A stretch of 64,000 nt of DNA from Cellulosilyticaceae bacterium (GTDB lineage Bacteria > Bacillota > Clostridia > Lachnospirales > Cellulosilyticaceae): assembly GCA_036655715.1 (NCBI GenBank), contig JAVVPO010000004.1:2660-66659 (forward strand). Direction: 5' to 3'. Below the pieces are notes generated by a model. It saw only the letters and a list, made by a program, of their open reading frames with translations. It did not search any database and was not told where the DNA came from. The position numbers and the translations under genes were made by a program. Shown here piece after piece: positions 58,143 through 64,000 of the stretch; the first letter of the stretch is position 1; every line of letters starts with the position of its first letter.

Positions 58143-59039
58143 CTAGTTTTTAGCACTTTTACTTCTATGTTTTTTTCTCATTTCAAACCAAATTGGGCTG
58201 GCAATGAATATAGATGAATATGTTCCTGAAATAATTCCTATTAGAAGTGGAAACGCAAATTCTTTTACTGATGATGTTCCAAATATAAATAGTAACGCCA
58301 CCATTACAAGTGTTGTAAGTGATGTATTTATTGAACGTGATAAGGTTTGATTAATACTTGTATTAATCACTTCTTCATCATTTCCCTTCATACGTCCCTT
58401 ATTCTCACGGATACGGTCAAATACAATGATTGTATCATTGATAGAGTATCCTATGATTGTAAGCATCGCTGCAATGAATGAGTTATTAATTGGTATTCTA
58501 AATATAGAATATACTGCAAGCATGATAAGCACGTCATGGATAAGCCCAGCAACGGCACTCGCTCCAAATTTAAAATCTTTGAATCTTATAGAGATATAAA
58601 TAAGCATAAGTATAGCTCCTAGCACTACGGCTTCTATAGCTTTTGCTTTAATCTCTGGACTAATAGTTGGTGATACAAAGTCTTCTACAAGAATCGGATT
58701 ACCTTCTATGTTGTATTTTTCTTTAATTTTATCCACAAAAGTTTTTCTTTGCACCTGCTCTGTTGGTTTAGTTGTAATAATAACCTCATTAGTTCCTGGT
58801 ACATTTTGTATTCTAGCTGTCTCATCACCTAAATGTTCTTCTACTAGTGGACGGATTTCCTCTTCAATATTGTACTCCATACCAATATTAAGATGCATTA
58901 TTGTACCACCCTTAAACTCGATACCATAATTTAATATATCATTGCCGTTCATTGCTTGGAAAGGCATAGTCAATAATCCTATGAGGATAATGATAGCTGA
59001 TATAATAAAGAATTTTTTTCTATTTTTTATAAAGTTCAT
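58143..59039 (-). CDS. secF: Protein translocase subunit SecF
   Basis: 298 aa with full-length SecF-like topology and motifs (GIEFKGGT, YS.NDTIV.FDRIRE). SD AAAGGAGGG is present. Confidence 0.93.
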   Translation of the reverse strand: MNFIKNRKKFFIISAIIILIGLLTMPFQAMNGNDILNYGIEFKGGTIMHLNIGMEYNIEEEIRPLVEEHLGDETARIQNVPGTNEVIITTKPTEQVQRKTFVDKIKEKYNIEGNPILVEDFVSPTISPEIKAKAIEAVVLGAILMLIYISIRFKDFKFGASAVAGLIHDVLIMLAVYSIFRIPINNSFIAAMLTIIGYSINDTIIVFDRIRENKGRMKGNDEEVINTSINQTLSRSINTSLTTLVMVALLFIFGTSSVKEFAFPLLIGIISGTYSSIFIASPIWFEMRKKHRSKSAKN

Positions 59040-59054
59040 ATTCTACGCCCTCCT

Positions 59055-60305
59055 TTACTTTGATTTTTCTGCGCCATATAAGCTAGCTGAAGTCATTCCC
59101 ATGTTTACAAATAGCTTTAGAATAATTCTTGTTACTACTAATGCTGTAAACATAGATACGATAATACCTATACCTAGTGTCGTTGCGAAACTCTTAATGA
59201 TTCCTGTCCCCAACATATAAAGTACTCCTGCTGCTATAAGCGTAGTAATATTACCATCTATAATGGCACTAAATGCTTTATCAAATCCAGCATCTACTGC
59301 TGAACGCACACTTCTGCCTACTACTAATTCTTCTTTAATACGTGTGAAAATAATAACATTTGCATCTACTGCCATACCAATTGAAAGTATAATCCCTGCT
59401 ATACCTGGCAATGTGAGTGTATCTCTTCTTAGACTAAGTATCATGATAACAAGTGCTACATAGAAAACAAGTGCTATATCTGCTGCAACACCATTCACTC
59501 TATACACTACTACCATAAAGATAAGTATAAGTACAAATCCTATGATACCTGCTTTAATACTTGTATTAAGTGCATCCATACCAAGTTTAGCGCCAATACC
59601 ATTTGATGAGATTGGCTCAAGTGCAAATGGTAGTGAACCTGCTTCTATACGCTCTGCTAATTGCTTTGCTGAATCAGGTGTGAAACTCCCTTGAATAATA
59701 GATTTACCATCTCTTATTTGCTCATTAACATTAGGCGCACTAATAATCATATCATCTAATTTAATGACAATTGGTTTACCTACATTGTTTTTAGTTGCTT
59801 CTGAAAAAGCCTCTGTGCCTTCTTTGTCAAGTTCAATTGATACAACTGCTTCCTGACCTCTACCTGTATCTACAATCTGAGGACTTGCTTTAACGATATT
59901 TTTACCAGTCATAATCTGGTTACCTTTTTCATCCTCGAATGTAAGCATTGCTGTTGCCCCTATACTCGCCATAGCCTCTTGAGGATCATCTACACCAGGT
60001 ATATCTACCCTGATACGATTACTTCCCTCTATTGCAGCCTCTGCCTCTGTATACCCCTCTTTGTCAAGCCTAACTTGTATCATCTGAAGTGCTGCTGACA
60101 TATCCTCTGGTGTTGGATTTTCTATAGCAGCTTGATAAACTATGTTTACCCCACCTTGTAGGTCTAACCCTAGCTTGATGTTATTCATACCTAATAGCTT
60201 GTCCTCTCCTACCCCTATATACGCTACAGCTGCTGATCCCGCAACTACAACTAATACGAGTATGAGGAGTAGAATACTTTTTGCTTTGCTATTATTCCCT
60301 TTCAT
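59055..60305 (-). CDS. secD: Protein translocase subunit SecD
   Basis: 416 aa with LGLDLQGG near the N-terminus, a periplasmic-type head domain and a C-terminal 6-TM domain with GMAVDANV(I)IFERI-like block. SD AAGGAGGAA is present. Confidence 0.93.
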   Translation of the reverse strand: MKGNNSKAKSILLLILVLVVVAGSAAVAYIGVGEDKLLGMNNIKLGLDLQGGVNIVYQAAIENPTPEDMSAALQMIQVRLDKEGYTEAEAAIEGSNRIRVDIPGVDDPQEAMASIGATAMLTFEDEKGNQIMTGKNIVKASPQIVDTGRGQEAVVSIELDKEGTEAFSEATKNNVGKPIVIKLDDMIISAPNVNEQIRDGKSIIQGSFTPDSAKQLAERIEAGSLPFALEPISSNGIGAKLGMDALNTSIKAGIIGFVLILIFMVVVYRVNGVAADIALVFYVALVIMILSLRRDTLTLPGIAGIILSIGMAVDANVIIFTRIKEELVVGRSVRSAVDAGFDKAFSAIIDGNITTLIAAGVLYMLGTGIIKSFATTLGIGIIVSMFTALVVTRIILKLFVNMGMTSASLYGAEKSK

Positions 60306-60325
60306 TGCATTTCCTCCTTAGTGTA

Positions 60326-60360
60326 ACAAAACTTATATAATTTGATTATATAAGTTTTGT
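60326..60360 (-). other. Perfect 16-bp AU-rich hairpin between scfB and secD
   Basis: acaaaacttatataat (60326-60341) / attatataagttttgt (60345-60360) with a 3-nt loop. There is no U-run. It ends about 14 nt before the secD SD. Confidence 0.5.
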
Positions 60361-60405
60361 CAAATTTAGTCAACTTTGTCACCAAATTCTTAAATCTTTT
60401 CTAGC

Positions 60406-61761
60406 TTATTCACACAACTCTGCTTTTAAACCAATGGCACATTCAAGGCGTTTTTTCTCAAGGTCACAACCTATTTCATAAACTGAATTGATATTCCCAT
60501 GGAAATGATAAGAGTTAGCTGCACATCCACCACTACAGTAAAGTTTTGCCCAACAGCTTACACATTCATCTTTACTATATACATTACATTTTTCAAACTC
60601 ACTACGTTGTTCTAAGTTTGTTACACCTTCCCATACATCTCCCATTTTAAACTCAGGCATCCCTGCAAATTGGTGACATGGGAAAAGTTCTCCATTTGGT
60701 GTTGCTGCTAAGTATTCTGTACCTGAACCACATCCCGCTAAACGTTTGTGTACACATGGTCCACCTGTAAGGTCTACCATGAAGTGGAAGAAGTTAAAGC
60801 ATTTGCCATCTTCTTTATGTCTTCTAAGCATCTCTTTTGCAAGTCTTTCATACTCATTACAGATTGTATCGATATCTCCTGTTTGAAGTGCATATTCCAT
60901 ATCTGCTGGTGCAACTACTGGTTCTGCTGATACTTCATCAAATCCTTGATCTGCCATGTGTGTTACATCATTTGCGAAATCTAAGTTGTGGTGTGTAAAA
61001 GTACCACGGATATAGTACTGTTTGTTTCCTCTTTTTTCTACTAGCTTCTTGAATTTTGGAAGAATGATATCATAGCTTCCTTTTCCATTGCAAGTAGGTC
61101 TCATTTTATCATTTACTTCCGGTCTACCATCAAGGCTAAGTACTACGTTGTACATATGTTCATTGAGGTAATCAATGATTTCATCATTTAGTAATACGCC
61201 ATTAGTAGTCATAGTAAATCTGAAGTTTTTACCACATTCAGCTTCTTTACCTCTTGCGTAGTCTACAACCTCTTTAACTACATCAAAGTTCATAAGAGGT
61301 TCTCCCCCAAAGAAGTCTACTTCGATATTTTTTCTATGTGCTGAGTTCTTGATAAGGAAATCAATTGCTGCTTTTCCTACTTCAGCGCTCATCATACCAC
61401 GTGCCCCATGATACTCCCCTTCACCTGCAAAGCAATATTTACAAGCTAAGTTACAGTCATGTGCTACGTGTAAACATAACGCTTTAACAACTGGTTTTCT
61501 GTTCATAAAAGATGGTACTAAATCTCTATAAGTATCTTCTGTATCAAGCATACCCTCTGTTTGAAGTGTCCCTAATTCTTCTATAGCTTCTAATAGTTCT
61601 ATTTCTTCATATTTCCCTTTATATTTAGCTATAACTTCTTCTTTTGTCCTTTGAAGCATATCTTCTACAATGTCATAAGCTACTTCATCTACAATATGAA
61701 TAGCCCCGCTGTGTATATCCATAAGAATATTGGAATTTTCGAATTTAAATTTATGTATCAT
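60406..61761 (-). CDS. scfB: Radical SAM/SPASM-domain peptide maturase (SCIFF maturase ScfB-like)
   Basis: 451 aa with the radical SAM motif CNLACKYCFAGEG and C-terminal auxiliary-cluster cysteines (CGSG..., CHQF, CVSCWAKLYCSGGCAANS). It lies immediately downstream of the SCIFF peptide gene. Confidence 0.85.
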   Translation of the reverse strand: MIHKFKFENSNILMDIHSGAIHIVDEVAYDIVEDMLQRTKEEVIAKYKGKYEEIELLEAIEELGTLQTEGMLDTEDTYRDLVPSFMNRKPVVKALCLHVAHDCNLACKYCFAGEGEYHGARGMMSAEVGKAAIDFLIKNSAHRKNIEVDFFGGEPLMNFDVVKEVVDYARGKEAECGKNFRFTMTTNGVLLNDEIIDYLNEHMYNVVLSLDGRPEVNDKMRPTCNGKGSYDIILPKFKKLVEKRGNKQYYIRGTFTHHNLDFANDVTHMADQGFDEVSAEPVVAPADMEYALQTGDIDTICNEYERLAKEMLRRHKEDGKCFNFFHFMVDLTGGPCVHKRLAGCGSGTEYLAATPNGELFPCHQFAGMPEFKMGDVWEGVTNLEQRSEFEKCNVYSKDECVSCWAKLYCSGGCAANSYHFHGNINSVYEIGCDLEKKRLECAIGLKAELCE

Positions 61762-61781
61762 GGTTTTATCCTTTCTGATTT

Positions 61782-61813
61782 AAAAAATAAAAGCAGCGAC
61801 TAAAGTCACTGCT
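61782..61813 (-). terminator. Hairpin plus U-run between the SCIFF peptide and maturase genes (attenuator or partial terminator)
   Basis: On the minus strand AGCAGTGAC-ttta-GTCGCTGCT followed by TTTATTTTTT. It starts 13 nt after the peptide stop codon. Confidence 0.6.
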
Positions 61814-61826
61814 CAGTTACCAAAAC

Positions 61827-61964
61827 TTATTTTTCGCAAGCTTGATTTCCTACAGTACAAGAAGTTTTACAAGCTGATTGGCAAGAAGTTTGGCATTCAC
61901 CACATCCACCTTTTGCTGCACTGTTTTTTAAGTTCTTAGTATTAAGTGTTTTTACGTGTTTCAT
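61827..61964 (-). CDS. scfA: SCIFF peptide (six cysteines in forty-five residues), a ribosomal radical-SAM-modified peptide precursor
   Basis: It is not in the ORF track because it is under 60 aa. My own translation is MKHVKTLNTKNLKNSAAKGGCGECQTSCQSACKTSCTVGNQACEK: 45 aa, 6 Cys, and the family core GGCGECQTSCQSACKTSC. ATG at 61962-61964 with SD GGAGGG about 8 nt upstream; stop TAA at 61827-61829. Confidence 0.9.
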   Translation of the reverse strand: MKHVKTLNTKNLKNSAAKGGCGECQTSCQSACKTSCTVGNQACEK

Positions 61965-61997
61965 AACTCATTTCCCTCCTCGCTATAAATCTTTTAC

Positions 61998-62026
61998 ATT
62001 ATACCATAACTTGCTAAGTTTGAAAA
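61998..62026 (-). promoter_or_regulatory. Candidate promoter of the scfA-scfB unit
   Basis: On the minus strand, TTTTCA (62021-62026), 17 nt, then TGgTATAAT with an extended -10 (TATAAT at 61998-62003). Confidence 0.5.
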
Positions 62027-62038
62027 CTAATTGGATTG

Positions 62039-62446
62039 TTATTTTTGAGTGTTTACAGAAATCATACCTGCAATACCGCTACTTACTAATACTAAAATAG
62101 CTATTGTCATAAGATAGCCTAAATCTAGGCTACTTACCCCTCCAAGCACTGCTGCTAAGATGATAAAAAGTCCTAAATAAACAATTCCGCCTATGCCTCC
62201 CCATTTATATCCATTTCTTGGTTCTATTTTTGCCGTATCAAATCCTGCTAAAAATGCAGATAATATAATACCTATAAGTATAATCCATTTTTCAAAACTT
62301 GCACCAAGATTGGTATATGTAAGAACGATTGAACCAAGAATAACAAATATAGCAGTTACTACATAAGCCATTGCATTTGCTTTAAGCATTGTAGCAATTG
62401 CTGCTGGCATATCAATATTACTTTTTTTACCTTTATGTTTTTTCAA
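62039..62446 (-). CDS. Small four-TM membrane protein (YrzE / TIGR04086-like)
   Basis: 135 aa with a TTG start and SD GAGGGGGG. It has four hydrophobic spans, is Gly-rich, and its size and topology match the YrzE-type family as I recall it. Confidence 0.55.
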   Translation of the reverse strand: MKKHKGKKSNIDMPAAIATMLKANAMAYVVTAIFVILGSIVLTYTNLGASFEKWIILIGIILSAFLAGFDTAKIEPRNGYKWGGIGGIVYLGLFIILAAVLGGVSSLDLGYLMTIAILVLVSSGIAGMISVNTQK

Positions 62447-62544
62447 CTTCTTCCCCCCTCTCTACTAAAAAGTTTTATTCTTTTATATTTTACGTCCATC
62501 ATCTAGTAAGTATGATAAAATAATGATATTAAGGAGGATTATCT

Positions 62545-63402
62545 ATGAATTTAATTGATCTCCATGTTCACTCAACTATATCGGATGGTACTTTTACCCC
62601 AAGGGAAGTTGCTTTTTATGCAAAGGCCAAAGGACTATCAGCCATTGCCCTAACAGACCATGACTCTATGGATGGTCTCGATGAATGTATTCTAGCTGCA
62701 AAGCTCGTAGATCTTCAAGTTATTCCAGGCATAGAACTCACGGGACATTATAAAGGTAAAGAAATTCATATATTAGGTTATTACCTTGATAAAACACATC
62801 CTGTTTTAAAAAATAAGCTTCAAGAGCTTGTTCTTACCCGTGAAGCTCGCAATATTAAAATGCTTACAAACCTTATTGCCTTAGGCTTTGAGCTTACTCC
62901 AGAGGACCTGTATCCAGTTGGCACGTCTAAAGGTGTTTTAACTAGGGCTCATTTTGCTAAGGCTCTTTATACCAAAGGTTATGCCTCTAGTATTAATGAC
63001 GCCTTTGATAAGTATCTTAGTAGTGATAAGCCGGCTTATGTCAAAAGACAATCTATGGATTATACTGAATGTATCGACCTCATCCATACTGCCGGTGGTA
63101 TTGCTGTTATTGCACATCCTCACCTTTATAAATTTGATACCGATACTTTTGGGACTTTTATTCAGGACATGGTTGCTGATGGCTTAGATGGTATCGAAAG
63201 TATCTACCCCAAATATAGTGATAATGAAACAATACAATTATTTGAATTATGCTTTACTCACAACCTCATCTCTACAGGAGGTTGTGATTTTCATGGGACC
63301 AATAAACCTAATCTTGATATAGGTACAGGTTATGGACATACGCATATCCCCTATGAGATTCTTCAAGGTTTAAAACACAAATGGGAAGCTAGGCACCTTT
63401 AA
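62545..63402 (+). CDS. PHP-domain metal-dependent phosphoesterase (TrpH/YciV-like)
   Basis: 285 aa. It has IDLHVHSTISDGT, ALTDHD and IAHP, with later His/Asp ligands. SD AAGGAGG is present. Confidence 0.85.
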   Translation: MNLIDLHVHSTISDGTFTPREVAFYAKAKGLSAIALTDHDSMDGLDECILAAKLVDLQVIPGIELTGHYKGKEIHILGYYLDKTHPVLKNKLQELVLTREARNIKMLTNLIALGFELTPEDLYPVGTSKGVLTRAHFAKALYTKGYASSINDAFDKYLSSDKPAYVKRQSMDYTECIDLIHTAGGIAVIAHPHLYKFDTDTFGTFIQDMVADGLDGIESIYPKYSDNETIQLFELCFTHNLISTGGCDFHGTNKPNLDIGTGYGHTHIPYEILQGLKHKWEARHL

Positions 63403-63436
63403 GTGCTGCTTCCCATTTGTGTTTTAAACTTATCTC

Positions 63437-64000
63437 TTATTCAGCTGGAACTGTACGCTCAAAATAAGTTACTTGTCCAGTTTGTAAGCTGATACCTACA
63501 AGTAAATATGTCTTAATTTCTTCATTTTTATATCTTAATACTGTAAGCTGCTTATTGCTTACCGCCTTCTCTATGCCATCATAAATCCACTTACTAGGCT
63601 CATCTACCACACCTGTTGTTATGGCAAATTTATCCCCTATTTCTTTAAGCTGTTGCTCTTTATATTTTTGTGGCTGTGCCGTAGTAAATAACTGAAGAAT
63701 AGCCCCTTGTACTCCTTGATTGTCCTTATCCATTACTACACCATAGGACTGAATTTCACCTTCTCTAGCTTCTGTCATTGTAGTTCCTCTAAACATATTA
63801 CTTACATGTGTTTTTGTTCCTGCTTCTTTATCTATCACTTGATTCTCAAAAGCTAGTTCTTCTCTTGCAACACCATCATTGATATCTATATCAAAATACT
63901 GCTTAATCGTTTGTGCTGCAACCTCTTTCATCTCTACTTTCATCTCATTATTGGTGATTTCTACTGTCTCAGTTGTTGTATTAGACCCACTACACCCTAC
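63437..64000 (-). CDS. Putative lipoprotein with its 5' end outside the window
   Basis: The frame stays open upstream of the ORF-track ATG (63943) to the window edge. There it reads ..VGCSGSNTTTETVEITNNEMKVEM.., which is a lipobox Cys followed by a Ser/Thr-rich linker. No family was recognised. Confidence 0.5.
   Translation of the reverse strand, partial: VGCSGSNTTTETVEITNNEMKVEMKEVAAQTIKQYFDIDINDGVAREELAFENQVIDKEAGTKTHVSNMFRGTTMTEAREGEIQSYGVVMDKDNQGVQGAILQLFTTAQPQKYKEQQLKEIGDKFAITTGVVDEPSKWIYDGIEKAVSNKQLTVLRYKNEEIKTYLLVGISLQTGQVTYFERTVPAE

Noticed and set aside
60406-61761. The radical SAM/SPASM enzyme as the anaerobic sulfatase-maturating enzyme for the two Cys-type sulfatases
   Set aside because: It lies 45 kb away and immediately downstream of a SCIFF precursor peptide, with which this enzyme subfamily is specifically paired. 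Homology between anSMEs and peptide maturases makes this an easy mis-call.

Overview
Low-GC (roughly one third G+C by eye), densely coding chromosomal segment of Firmicutes/Clostridia type. Supporting signs are the SCIFF peptide, a SpoIID-like gene, a T-box leader, and the secDF-recJ-apt-relA-dtd...hisS-aspS gene order. I saw no rRNA, tRNA, CRISPR array, transposase or integrase.

1-23 kb is accessory carbohydrate DNA. It holds the 3' end of a giant DUF11-repeat surface protein ending in a DUF3794/SPOCS-like module, followed by a sulfated-glycan utilisation cluster. That cluster has three paralogous ABC solute-binding lipoproteins with no permease, a PL8-like lyase, a beta-propeller hydrolase, two Cys-type sulfatases, a GH35 beta-galactosidase, a heparinase II/III-like protein, a DUF4091 protein and a GH29 fucosidase. 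None of the enzymes has a signal peptide.

23-37 kb mixes housekeeping and envelope genes: acyl-ACP thioesterase, SDR, queA, TetR plus antiporter, SpoIID-like protein, an orphan 321-aa protein, an AgaS / tagatose-bisphosphate-aldolase / BadF-type kinase operon, DedA, a gamma-CA-like protein and MprF.

37-41 kb holds two tandem soluble PAS/GAF histidine kinases. The promoter-proximal one has Asn in place of the phospho-acceptor His.

41-64 kb is a conserved housekeeping block on the minus strand: aspS, hisS with a T-box leader carrying an Asp specifier, hemZ-like gene, MBL hydrolase, dtd, relA, apt, recJ and secDF. It is interrupted by an AI-2E transporter and an exported FAD protein. It also contains a 45-aa six-cysteine SCIFF peptide, missing from the ORF track, next to its radical SAM/SPASM maturase.

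I did not find a convincing, wholly new multi-gene system. The best leads are the SCIFF pair, the His-less kinase pair, the cytoplasmic sulfated-glycan locus with orphan binding proteins, and a small GC-rich intergenic island. All family calls are by-eye motif recognition and need HMM or BLAST confirmation.
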